Source of the DNA: Candidatus Caldarchaeum sp.
GTDB lineage: Archaea > Thermoproteota > Nitrososphaeria_A > Caldarchaeales > Caldarchaeaceae
Length of the DNA: 64,000 nt
NCBI GenBank assembly: GCA_038885755.1
Contig: JAVZZH010000001.1
Coordinates: 544,558 to 608,557, forward strand
Reading direction: 5' to 3'
The translations under genes and the position numbers were made by a program. The notes under the pieces are model-generated. The model was not told the DNA's origin and did no database searches. It saw only the letters and a program-made list of their open reading frames with translations. Shown here piece by piece: positions 45,227 to 54,040 of the stretch. How positions within the stretch are numbered: position 1 is the first letter of the stretch; every line of letters starts with the position of its first letter.

Positions 45227-47331
45227 AGCAGCTCCAGCGGGTGGCGGACCGGCAGGCCTGTAGCCTCCTCAATATGTATACGGCACACGCTGCTCGTCGT
45301 CGCCACCTGACTGCATCCACTGTTTCTCAACAAATCGAACAACTTCTCGCCAATAACATTCGACAGCTCGTAGCCCAAGACCCCGTGCTTCATGCCGAAC
45401 GAACCAGCCATACCGCAGCAGCTACCCGTCTCCACGACGAACGCTTCATAACCCGCAGAACGCAGCAGGTGGAGGACCGACCTCGAGGCGTCGAGCGCTC
45501 TTTCATGGCATGGAACATGGACGGCCGTCCTGCCCGTGGTCGCGGGCCCCGCCCTGACACGTCCCTCCCTCAGCAGGCTTTCTAGGAGCTCGGTGGCTGA
45601 GACGGTTGACCGTGATACTTTCAGGGACTGCTCGCTGTTGTTCAGAAGATATGGGTAGACATGTTTTAGGCAGTATGTGGCCGTAGGCTCGATTGAGACG
45701 ATGACGGCGTCTCTGTCAGCGTATTCCGCCAGCGAGCGCACGTTGTAGTCAGCGTTGCGCCGGGCTTTGTCGAGGTCTCCGTAAGCCACGTAGGGGTAGC
45801 CGCTGGTCTTCTGAACCGGGACGACGACCGAGAAGCCGCATTTTTCCAGCACGTCGACGAGCTTGACGGCTAGGTCAGGCCTCACATACATGGCGTGGAA
45901 GTCTGCGAACAAGGCTGCCAACGGCCTGTCCTCCTCGAGTTTCCTGTTCTTCATCAAGGCGGAAAGAGGCCGCTTAGCTAAGGGCGGTATGGTCCTCCTA
46001 GACTCGACACCGGCAAGCTTCTCAATCAAAAACCTGAAGAACTTGTTCTTGACGGCGAAGTTGAACAGCTGAGGAAAGTGTGAGCCTATCTCGTAAAACT
46101 TTTCATAATTCTCCAAAACCCTGTTGACCCACAACTGACCAGCCTGCCTGACAATTCTTTGCTTCACCTCAGCTATCATCATCGGTATCTCTATCTTCGC
46201 CGGGCACACCTCCTTGCACAATCCGCAAGATATGCAGAGTTCAGTAAAGCCCGCGGCTTTTTCCAGACCGTGGACGAAGACTGTCCAAGGAATTCCGATG
46301 GCCCCGGTGTATATGTGTCCAAAAACATGCCCACCGACAGCCGAGTAAGTTGGGCAGATGTTGATGCAGGCGCCGCATCTTATGCAGTAAAGGGCTTCTC
46401 TGAAAGTTTTGTCGGCCTGCATCTGCATTCTTCCGTTGTCGACTACGACGACGTAGAGCTCCCTTCCGTCCTGAGCACCTGCCAGAGGATTTCGGCCCGA
46501 GATGAAGGAGACGTAGGTGGTGAGAGGCTGTCCTGTCGAGCTGACGGGATGGGCTACGATGATCTTGAGAGCATCCTCAACCTTCTCGACTAGTTTCTCC
46601 AACCCCACCACTACGATGTAGGCCTTCGGCGGCGCGTTTCCAAGCCTGTCGTTCCCCTCGTTCGTCTCAACCACGACCGTGCCCGTCTCAGCTATGGCTA
46701 TGTTGGCGCCCGTTATTCCGACGTCTGCGGAGAGAAAGACATCGCGTAGATAGGATCTCGCAAAGTTCATCAACTCTCCGATGTCGTCGCTTATCGGTCT
46801 TCCAGCCTTGTTCGAGAAAAGCTCGGCTATCTCTTTTCTAGTCTTGTGAACAGCGGGGTAGACTAGGTGGAATGGCTTTTCACCCGCAAGCTGTACGATA
46901 AACTCGCCGAGGTCTGTGTCCACCACTTTCAACCCCCTAGCCTCTAGGAAGGAGTTGAGACCAATCTCCTCGGTGGTCATCGACTTGCTTTTGGTCAAGA
47001 GCTTAGCCTTTCTCTCAACAGCGATACGGTAAACTATCTCACAGGCTTCCGCCGCATCCTTTGCCAGAAAAACCCGCACCCCTCTCTCCTCGCAGCGCTT
47101 CTTGAACATGCTGAACATCTCCATCAAGTTGTCGACAGCCGTCTGTTTAGACTGCCTTACCGATTCCCTGAACGCATCGACATCTTCGATCATCAAAGCC
47201 ATCGTCTCCCTCCTAGCCTCTAGCGTTCTGTCCAAGGCATCCCTTAGATACGTTCGCCACTCCTTCCTCTCCAAAACCCTGCTAGTTTCCTCCACCAAGC
47301 GACGGTGAAGCCTGCCTGCCTTCAGAGCCAT
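45211..47331 (-). CDS. LutB-like Fe-S lactate-utilization protein fused to a CCG domain
   Basis: LUD domain 'KSKSMTTEE', 'TNEGN'; 4Fe-4S motifs 'CIRCGACINICP' and 'CISCGLCKEVCP'; C-terminal 'CCGMAGSFG'. The start is placed at MALKAG. Confidence 0.88.
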   Translation of the reverse strand: MALKAGRLHRRLVEETSRVLERKEWRTYLRDALDRTLEARRETMALMIEDVDAFRESVRQSKQTAVDNLMEMFSMFKKRCEERGVRVFLAKDAAEACEIVYRIAVERKAKLLTKSKSMTTEEIGLNSFLEARGLKVVDTDLGEFIVQLAGEKPFHLVYPAVHKTRKEIAELFSNKAGRPISDDIGELMNFARSYLRDVFLSADVGITGANIAIAETGTVVVETNEGNDRLGNAPPKAYIVVVGLEKLVEKVEDALKIIVAHPVSSTGQPLTTYVSFISGRNPLAGAQDGRELYVVVVDNGRMQMQADKTFREALYCIRCGACINICPTYSAVGGHVFGHIYTGAIGIPWTVFVHGLEKAAGFTELCISCGLCKEVCPAKIEIPMMIAEVKQRIVRQAGQLWVNRVLENYEKFYEIGSHFPQLFNFAVKNKFFRFLIEKLAGVESRRTIPPLAKRPLSALMKNRKLEEDRPLAALFADFHAMYVRPDLAVKLVDVLEKCGFSVVVPVQKTSGYPYVAYGDLDKARRNADYNVRSLAEYADRDAVIVSIEPTATYCLKHVYPYLLNNSEQSLKVSRSTVSATELLESLLREGRVRAGPATTGRTAVHVPCHERALDASRSVLHLLRSAGYEAFVVETGSCCGMAGSFGMKHGVLGYELSNVIGEKLFDLLRNSGCSQVATTSSVCRIHIEEATGLPVRHPLELLHFST

Positions 47332-47918
47332 TTCAGCACCACTGCAGCTACAACGTGCGGGCCGTGAACACCCAAGACAAGCCTCTGCTCTATGTCTCCA
47401 GACCTGCTCGGCCCCGATATCAACGACACCGTGCACGCCTTGGCTTTTTCAGCAGCGCTGCGCAAAATTCCAGCGACATCAGAAACCCTCTCAACAATCG
47501 TCGAAGACTTGACAAAGACGACGTGAACGCGTGGAAGGCTTGAAACAAGCCTGTCCAAATCATCGTAAGCGACCTCGACCAGCGTGCCCGTCTCAGCTAT
47601 CGCCGCCTCAGCGGTCGACAACCCTGCGTCTACGCTGCTCAGAACTTCCAGAGGATTGCCTGAACATTCCTCCAGCACGGATAAACGTTTGCTGGAGAGA
47701 GTTGTCGAGATTTGTCGGTCTACGTCGTTGAACAACTTTAGCTTGAAGACAGACCTTACATGGTTTGACGCGATTATTTCAGCTGTCTTCGTAGCTGCTT
47801 CTTCAGGGGTTGAGGCTGTCTCGACGATTCCGCCCAGCTTCTGAAACCTTTCCGTGAAAAAAGGGATCAGGGTTGTTCTAGATGTCTTAGTGCTGATGGT
47901 CATGGCTATGGGATCCAT
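47322..47918 (-). CDS. LutC-like LUD domain protein
   Basis: Motifs 'IAETGT' and 'ISGPSRSGDIEQRLVLGVHGP'. Confidence 0.9.
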   Translation of the reverse strand: MDPIAMTISTKTSRTTLIPFFTERFQKLGGIVETASTPEEAATKTAEIIASNHVRSVFKLKLFNDVDRQISTTLSSKRLSVLEECSGNPLEVLSSVDAGLSTAEAAIAETGTLVEVAYDDLDRLVSSLPRVHVVFVKSSTIVERVSDVAGILRSAAEKAKACTVSLISGPSRSGDIEQRLVLGVHGPHVVAAVVLKWL

Positions 47919-48360
47919 CGCCCTCGTGTTGCTCTATGTGGAAGTGTAGAACTTTGCCGCTTTCAAACTTCAGGTATACGTGGAACAACTCCACCTCTTC
48001 AACGTTCTGCAGAATCATCACGTGGTATCCCTCGCCTTCGATTCCCCTCATTTTAACCTCGCTCAAAGGCCCTACACAAACTCTCTCGACTTTAAGCATC
48101 CTCACGACGTTCCCCTCCAAGTATGATTTGTGCAGCTCAGCCTTTATCGGGATCGTCTTACCGTGAACCTCTCCCTCAACCTCCACGCCGACGACGCAGT
48201 CCGGCATCAGCCCGTTGTTCCTGAGGTTGAGGAATATGGCCGCCGAATCTCTTCCAAGCCTCAAAGCCACGTCCGACTCGGAGGGCATCGACCCCACCGC
48301 CAGAACAGCGCCGACGGAGATCAGCGCAACAATCAAAACTAGAAGCAAAATTTTCTTCAT
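47887..48360 (-). CDS. PCu(A)C-family copper chaperone with His-rich tail
   Basis: Signal/TM segment 'MKKILLLV', 'AELH...M...YHVM' and C-terminal HSHDHQH. Confidence 0.8.
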   Translation of the reverse strand: MKKILLLVLIVALISVGAVLAVGSMPSESDVALRLGRDSAAIFLNLRNNGLMPDCVVGVEVEGEVHGKTIPIKAELHKSYLEGNVVRMLKVERVCVGPLSEVKMRGIEGEGYHVMILQNVEEVELFHVYLKFESGKVLHFHIEQHEGDGSHSHDHQH

Positions 48361-48432
48361 CCGATCAATCCACGGTCTCGAGTTATTTAAACATAACCTA
48401 AAATACCCTCTGCATCGCAGGCTAGGACGGGC

Positions 48433-48804
48433 TTGAAGTACCGCCTGCTCGACATACTTGCGTGCCCTATGTGTAGGGGGTTTCCGCTGCGTTTGTCGGT
48501 TTTTGAACAGACCAACGTCCAGCCTCCTCCGAGGATTAGGAAGTGCGAGCTGTATTGCGGGTTTCACGGAGGATACGTGAAGAACTTAGGCGAGACGCTT
48601 TGCGAGAAATGCTACGGCTTTGAAGTGGTCAGCGGCCTGCTGGAATGCATGTCTTGCGGCCGATGGTTCTCCATAGTTGACACGATTCCACGCATGCTTC
48701 CCGACGACCTGAGGGACAGGAAGCAGGAGAAGAAGTTTGTCGAGAAGTGGCGTGAACACCTGCCCGAGAAGATTCTGAAAGAGTTCAGCCTGCAACCGCC
48801 TTGA
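48433..48804 (+). CDS. Trm112 family methyltransferase activator
   Basis: 'LLDILACPMC' ... 'CMSCGRWFSIVDTIPRML'. Confidence 0.88.
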   Translation: MKYRLLDILACPMCRGFPLRLSVFEQTNVQPPPRIRKCELYCGFHGGYVKNLGETLCEKCYGFEVVSGLLECMSCGRWFSIVDTIPRMLPDDLRDRKQEKKFVEKWREHLPEKILKEFSLQPP

Positions 48805-50245
48805 GACCTTCCTTCTTAGCCGATGTCCATTTCGGCTTCCTGCGGAGAACCATGACGTCTATGACTGATTTTAGAGCTATGATGTCAAGAAGTTGTTTGT
48901 ATCCAACGACTGCGAAAGCCGCGTATGCCGCCTGCCTGACGTCGTCGTCCTCGATGTCCAAAGCCATGAAAGACAGGATGGACTGAAGAAAGATGAACAC
49001 CGCCAGCAAAAGCAGGACATATCCCAGCCCTCCAGCCATTATGACCATGGCCGCGGCGGGGATGGCTAGAACACCCAGCGTAGGAGCTATGATCTGCTGG
49101 ATTACCAGAAGCGGGAATATAAGCAGGTTCAGGTGGCCGTACTTAGGGTTCCTGAGCGCATCCCTGTGCCTTAGCAAAACCTGTGTGTTGCCCCTGTACC
49201 ATCTCAACCTCTGCCTGTAGAGCTCTGACAGCTTCGACGGGGCTTCCGTGTAAGCGAAGGCTTTCGAATGCGACTGAATAACTCCTCCCGTCTTGAGCAG
49301 CTTGACCGTTATGTCAAAGTCCTCCGTGATCGTAGCCTTGTCATATCCCCCCACGGAGTCAGCGTAGCTGCGCCGGAAAGCAGCCAGCGGCCCGGGCATC
49401 ACCTGAACCACGCCGAAGAATGATGTAGCCCTCCTAACGATGTTGATCTGAGTAACGTATTCGAGAGCTTGGTTCTTCGTGAGCCAGTTGACCCTGTTGA
49501 CTACCCGAACGTTCCCCGCCACGCCTACGACCTTAGGGTCTTCGAAAGATTTGATCAGGTATTTTAACGCCTCCCGGTTTATTATCGTGTCCGCGTCCAC
49601 CGAAACGATAACACTGCCCGATGCGAACAACATGCCGTAGTTGAGGGCTGATGCCTTGCCTCCGTTGGGCTTCCTCAACACCGTGACCCCTCTATCCCGA
49701 TATCTCGAAGCAATCTCGTAGGTTCGGTCAGTACTGCCGTCGTCAACAACTATTACCTCCTTACTCGGATAGTCTGACTCTAGAATGGCCTCTATGCAGC
49801 TCCCGATCCACTTCTCCTCGTTGTAGGCAGGCACTATGATTGATACAGGTATCAAGAAGGGTCGCCGGTCCTGATTCGACTCCTCGCGTCGCTTGGTGAG
49901 CAACGCAAGAGGCAACGCCATCAGGTTGATGAAGAAGAGAATCGTGAAGCTTGACAGCATTATGGGCCTGTACCAGTCGAGCGAACGTATAGACTCCTCG
50001 ACGAATATGAATGCTGAAGAGATGACGGGGACGAGCACTATCAAGATAGCTAGGACAGGGTACCGGCTCTTCCTAACCTCCTCTCTGTAGAACGGGCCTT
50101 TCCTGAAGGCTTGGACCATCACTCCGACGCACAAAAGAACTGAGGCGACGAAGCAGAGCCAAGCGGCAACGCTTGAAACTATGAAAACAGTCAGAATTAT
50201 AGTCGCGATAGCCAGCACAGCAGCCATCGGAATCGTCGCCTTCAC
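48785..50245 (-). CDS. GT2 processive membrane glycosyltransferase (PgaC/IcaA-like)
   Basis: 'PAYNEE', 'DDGSTD', 'GKASALN', 'DAD', 'TED', 'QRLRW' and TM helices. Confidence 0.9.
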   Translation of the reverse strand: MKATIPMAAVLAIATIILTVFIVSSVAAWLCFVASVLLCVGVMVQAFRKGPFYREEVRKSRYPVLAILIVLVPVISSAFIFVEESIRSLDWYRPIMLSSFTILFFINLMALPLALLTKRREESNQDRRPFLIPVSIIVPAYNEEKWIGSCIEAILESDYPSKEVIVVDDGSTDRTYEIASRYRDRGVTVLRKPNGGKASALNYGMLFASGSVIVSVDADTIINREALKYLIKSFEDPKVVGVAGNVRVVNRVNWLTKNQALEYVTQINIVRRATSFFGVVQVMPGPLAAFRRSYADSVGGYDKATITEDFDITVKLLKTGGVIQSHSKAFAYTEAPSKLSELYRQRLRWYRGNTQVLLRHRDALRNPKYGHLNLLIFPLLVIQQIIAPTLGVLAIPAAAMVIMAGGLGYVLLLLAVFIFLQSILSFMALDIEDDDVRQAAYAAFAVVGYKQLLDIIALKSVIDVMVLRRKPKWTSAKKEGLKAVAG

Positions 50246-50275
50246 GCTTTAGAACATGGGTCGATGATATTTAAG

Positions 50276-50349
50276 GGCCGAGGGCGAGATTCGAACTCGC
50301 GCTGCAGGGTCCACAGCCCTGAGGGCTACCAGGCTACCCCACCTCGGCC
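50276..50349 (-). tRNA. tRNA-His(GTG) with genome-encoded G-1
   Basis: Reverse complement reads G-GCCGAGG...CAGGG-CTGTGGA-CCCTG...GTTCGAAT...CCTCGGC-C, with a C73 discriminator. Confidence 0.93.
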
Positions 50350-50383
50350 ATCAGCTCCAGCCAGCTACCCGCTTCATCTGTTC

Positions 50384-51124
50384 TTAAATGTTAACCACCT
50401 GACTGCATATCAACCGATATATATCCTCCGCTTCGCCGTAGCTAAGCCTTCTGACAGGCTTGTTCAGGACTTTCTCCGGCAGGGGAGACAGCTCGACAAG
50501 CCTCGTAGCCTGACGTTTAGTCATGTGGGTCCAGAAGACGTTTCTGAGAGCATTCCTAACCTTGCTAGTCCGCTGAGAAAGAAATTCAAGCATGATTTTC
50601 TCCGCATACCCTCTCTCCGCCGGGTTGAGCAGGAGAAGAGAGACCCTGCCCGGGTACGGTGGGTCGAGAACATCTCCGTTGAACCGCTCCAATACTCGTG
50701 CCTCATAAGCCAGACGTACCTTAAAAACCAGAAGGGAGTCCTGCCGAGCCGCAAGCCTTTCGGCGAACCTCGACGGAGCTAGTAATGACATGGTCGTGGG
50801 TTTTGTTAGATGGAGCTGGATGAGTGGTTCGAGGATGCTGAACGGCGGGTTTGCTACTATTTTGTTGTAGGGCGGTAGTTTTGCTGTGAGGAAGTTGCTT
50901 ATGAAGACCTTAAGGTTGCTGTGCTGGCTCTGGAGTCTGGCGAGGTAAGGAAGCATGGCGGGGTCGGCTTCGACTGCGTAAACCCTTAGAGCTTTTCGGG
51001 CAAGCTTTTCAGCGATAACTCCCTTGCCAGCTCCCACGTCCACCACGACGTCATGAGCTTTAACGTCCGCAGCCTCGACAAGCCTGTCAACAACCTTCCC
51101 ATCCACCAAGAAATGTTGCTCCAT
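50384..51124 (-). CDS. rsmA: 16S rRNA dimethyladenosine transferase KsgA/RsmA
   Basis: Motifs 'QHFL', 'DVGAGKG' and 'ANPPFSI'. Confidence 0.85.
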   Translation of the reverse strand: MEQHFLVDGKVVDRLVEAADVKAHDVVVDVGAGKGVIAEKLARKALRVYAVEADPAMLPYLARLQSQHSNLKVFISNFLTAKLPPYNKIVANPPFSILEPLIQLHLTKPTTMSLLAPSRFAERLAARQDSLLVFKVRLAYEARVLERFNGDVLDPPYPGRVSLLLLNPAERGYAEKIMLEFLSQRTSKVRNALRNVFWTHMTKRQATRLVELSPLPEKVLNKPVRRLSYGEAEDIYRLICSQVVNI

Positions 51125-51499
51125 TCAGTCCGGCCAGCTCCAAGTCTTGTAAAGAAAGTAGGCGTCGTCCCTCTTAAAGAAAAAATGCCTGTGCCCGACC
51201 CAGTCGAGAAGAGGTCTCTCAACCGGCCGCGGCTCTTCATCGTCGACGTAGTCAAGCCTGAAGCCCACCCAATCCCCTTCAGAAGAGCCGAGAGGTTTCT
51301 GAGACTTCGAAAGCTTCTCGAGCACCAGCGTGCAACCCAGCATTAAACCCGTCTCCCTAGAATCAACCACATCGCTATGCCCCGTCAGTTCGTGCAACGA
51401 CACCCACCCCCTCCCCTGCACGAACAACATAACTCTGAAAGGCATGCCGAAGCCAAATGTGTCGGATGCAAATATATAGATAGGCTTCTCTCCAAACAT
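51125..51499 (-). CDS. Hypothetical protein
   Basis: 124-aa ORF abutting the ksgA start; no motif recognised. Confidence 0.6.
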   Translation of the reverse strand: MFGEKPIYIFASDTFGFGMPFRVMLFVQGRGWVSLHELTGHSDVVDSRETGLMLGCTLVLEKLSKSQKPLGSSEGDWVGFRLDYVDDEEPRPVERPLLDWVGHRHFFFKRDDAYFLYKTWSWPD

Positions 51500-51570
51500 T
51501 GACCAGTTATGGGGAAGCGTTTTTTGAGAGAGATTGCTTGTTCTTTATGACGGGTAAGCTTTCGAGGTTT

Positions 51571-52095
51571 TCAGCCGCTTCCCGACCTCCCTCCCCAGCC
51601 GGAGTACTCGGGCATCGTCCTTGCGTTGGGTTCTCGGTCGATGTGTTTTCTCAGTCTACGCATATGGTTCAGGTAGATGAGCGCCGTCGATGTCCATACA
51701 AACGCCAACACGGCTCCAACTAACCCGGGCGGGCTGAATGTCTGTATATGTATTAAGCCGGCTGCTAAACCCGTCAAGACACCCGCCCAAGCCGCTGGCT
51801 CCGAGCCTAAGTATGCAAGCAAAGCCATGAGAAGCATGAGGAAAGCTGTCAGCGATGTGGGAACGATGTCGAAGTAGTTTAACAAGCTTTTGGTAGCCGG
51901 CAGAGCTAATGCATAAACGGCGTATGCGGCTAAAGCTAGGGCTGAAACCTTGTTGGACTTTACTACTCCTTTATACTGCTTCACTTCCCTAAGCTCGAGC
52001 GTGAACTCCTGCATGCAGTTGGGGCAGACAGCCTTCCAAGCCTGAAGCCAGTACTCAGCTCCGCAGTTGGAGCAGACGAAGCGATGCTTCTCCAT
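51571..52095 (-). CDS. Membrane protein with N-terminal zinc ribbon
   Basis: 'CSNC...CPNC' followed by about four TM helices. Confidence 0.65.
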   Translation of the reverse strand: MEKHRFVCSNCGAEYWLQAWKAVCPNCMQEFTLELREVKQYKGVVKSNKVSALALAAYAVYALALPATKSLLNYFDIVPTSLTAFLMLLMALLAYLGSEPAAWAGVLTGLAAGLIHIQTFSPPGLVGAVLAFVWTSTALIYLNHMRRLRKHIDREPNARTMPEYSGWGGRSGSG

Positions 52096-52097
52096 GT

Positions 52098-52409
52098 TCA
52101 GTCAATCTCTACGTAAACAGCTCCCTCCCTAACTGTTGTCCTGTAAACTGGGTTGGGCGGCAGCTCCTCGTCGAACTCGGCTTTTCCCGACAACAGGTCC
52201 CAAACAGCTCCGTGCCCTGCGCAGACGACCTTCGTCCCCTCCAGCGAACCCTCGCTCAAATCCCATTCCTCATGAGTGCATACTGCGCCGATCGAATAGA
52301 AACGCCCGTCCACGTTAGCAACCAGGATAGACCTTCCCTCGACGTCGAAGGTCTTCATACTTCCAGGCGGGATCTCATCCTGCTTGGCGACAAAAACCAG
52401 CCTTGCCAT
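52098..52409 (-). CDS. Rieske-type [2Fe-2S] ferredoxin
   Basis: Rieske motifs 'CTHE' and 'CAGH'. Confidence 0.9.
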   Translation of the reverse strand: MARLVFVAKQDEIPPGSMKTFDVEGRSILVANVDGRFYSIGAVCTHEEWDLSEGSLEGTKVVCAGHGAVWDLLSGKAEFDEELPPNPVYRTTVREGAVYVEID

Positions 52410-52448
52410 GCTTCTTCATCGGAGAGCTCGGCGATATATTTTTCTCTA

Positions 52449-52592
52449 CTAAGGAACGTATTTTTGAGGTGTTTTGTCAAACAGTTCTTTGCAGTGCTTG
52501 GAGCAGAAGTAGTAGTTCCGTCCCTGGTAGGCTGAGACGTGTTTAGCGTTTCTTTCGTCGACGTTCATCCTGCAGACAGGGTCGACCGCCAT
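52449..52592 (-). CDS. YHS/TRASH-domain small metal-binding protein (not in ORF track)
   Basis: Translated by hand as a 47-aa ORF, MAVDPVCRMNVDERNAKHVSAYQGRNYYFCSKHCKELFDKTPQKYVP. Confidence 0.9.
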   Translation of the reverse strand: MAVDPVCRMNVDERNAKHVSAYQGRNYYFCSKHCKELFDKTPQKYVP

Positions 52593-52645
52593 GGTTCATC
52601 ACTTCCTTACGCGTGTTAATATGTTTTAATAGGTGATTGTAGAAC

Positions 52646-53647
52646 GTGGATCGTATGGAGGGTGGATACGACGTCATAGTTATTGGCGGCGGTCCTGCCG
52701 GCTACACTGCAGCCATCTACACCAGCCGTGCTGGTTTAAAGACTCTTCAGATAGCTGGCCTCGAGGCTGGAGGGCAGCTTATGCTCACAAGGGAGGTTGA
52801 GAACTATCCGGGGTTCAGCAGAGGAGTTATGGGGCCCGATCTCATGGAGAACATGAGGCAGCAGGCTGAGAATCAAGGCGTGGAGATTGTGTACGACAAC
52901 GCGACCGCTGTCAACTTCAAGACCTACCCGCTGGAAGTTTACGTCAACGAAAACCGGTACAAGGCCAAGGCGGTGGTCGTCGCTACAGGCGCTTCACCCA
53001 AGTGGCTCGGCCTGGAAGATGAGAAGCGTTTGCTGGGAAGAGGTGTGTCCAGCTGCGCTACGTGCGACGGCCCGCTCTTCAGAGGAACAGAGTCCTCAGT
53101 GGTTGTAGGGGGAGGGGACACAGCCATGGAGTATGCTCTTTTCCTAAGCAACCTCGTGTCCAAAGTCTACGTAGTTCATAGACGCGACTCCCTCAGGGCT
53201 TCGAAGGTGATGGCTGAGAGGGCTTTGAAGAACCCGAAGATTGAGTTTGTCTGGAACTCGGTTGTCGAAGGCATCAAAGGAGACAAAAGGGTTGAGGCTG
53301 TCAGGGTGAGAAACATCAAGACCGGCGAAGTTTTGGAGATCGGCTGCCAGTCGGTCTTCGTTGCAATAGGGCATAAGCCGAACACAGAGATTTTCCAGGG
53401 ACAGCTTGAGCTGGACGAGGAGGGATACGTGCGGGTGTATGACGGAATGCGGACCAGCGTCCCCGGAGTGTTTGCGGCGGGCGACGTCCACGACAAACGC
53501 TACAGGCAGGCCGTGACGGCTGCTGGCTTCGGATGCATGGCCGCCATGGAGGTTGTCTGGTTTATCGAGACAGGGGAGCCTGAAAAGCTTCTTCTAAAGC
53601 TCGACAAAAACGCTACCGCCCTCAACGACTACTCTGTAAACCTGTAG
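52646..53647 (+). CDS. trxB: Thioredoxin-disulfide reductase
   Basis: 'GGGPAG', redox motif 'CATC', 'GGGDTA', 'HRRD' and 'AAGDV'. Confidence 0.93.
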   Translation: MDRMEGGYDVIVIGGGPAGYTAAIYTSRAGLKTLQIAGLEAGGQLMLTREVENYPGFSRGVMGPDLMENMRQQAENQGVEIVYDNATAVNFKTYPLEVYVNENRYKAKAVVVATGASPKWLGLEDEKRLLGRGVSSCATCDGPLFRGTESSVVVGGGDTAMEYALFLSNLVSKVYVVHRRDSLRASKVMAERALKNPKIEFVWNSVVEGIKGDKRVEAVRVRNIKTGEVLEIGCQSVFVAIGHKPNTEIFQGQLELDEEGYVRVYDGMRTSVPGVFAAGDVHDKRYRQAVTAAGFGCMAAMEVVWFIETGEPEKLLLKLDKNATALNDYSVNL

Positions 53648-53902
53648 GGGCCTCACCGCTGGAGGGTTGAGAACCTCTCCGGTGTCAAGCCTGAACCGTG
53701 ATAAGTGGACTGGGCAGGTGATGGTTCCCTCCATGACCAGCCCTTTGGAGAGCTCTGCATAGTCATGAGTGCATATGTTCGAAACAGCGTAGATTCTCCC
53801 CCCATGCTTGAGCACAAGCACGGGCTGTCCCTCGACGTCGACGACTAGGGAGCCTCCTTCAGGAAGCTCGGATTCTCCGCATACTCTAAACCTCTGACCC
53901 AC
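53594..53902 (-). CDS. Rieske-type [2Fe-2S] ferredoxin
   Basis: Rieske motifs 'CTHD' and 'CPVH'. Confidence 0.9.
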   Translation of the reverse strand: MGQRFRVCGESELPEGGSLVVDVEGQPVLVLKHGGRIYAVSNICTHDYAELSKGLVMEGTITCPVHLSRFRLDTGEVLNPPAVRPLQVYRVVVEGGSVFVEL

Positions 53903-54040
53903 GTCTCTCGCTGAAGACAGCCTGCTAAAAACCCTGTTCTAATGACACCTGTAGTTGGGTAAGAAGTTCTTGAGCCGCTTCAGTCCAGAAGACGACTGGC
54001 TCGTGGATGTATATTATATCGTAAGCGAAAGAATTAACAT

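Noticed and set aside
48433-48804. Extra Cys-rich insert in Trm112
   Set aside because: It resembles the longer crenarchaeal-type Trm112 and is not clearly novel.
43585-50275. Region between two inward-facing tRNA genes as a possible integrated island
   Set aside because: I saw no integrase and no duplicated tRNA 3' end (att), and the region contains a housekeeping gene (Trm112).
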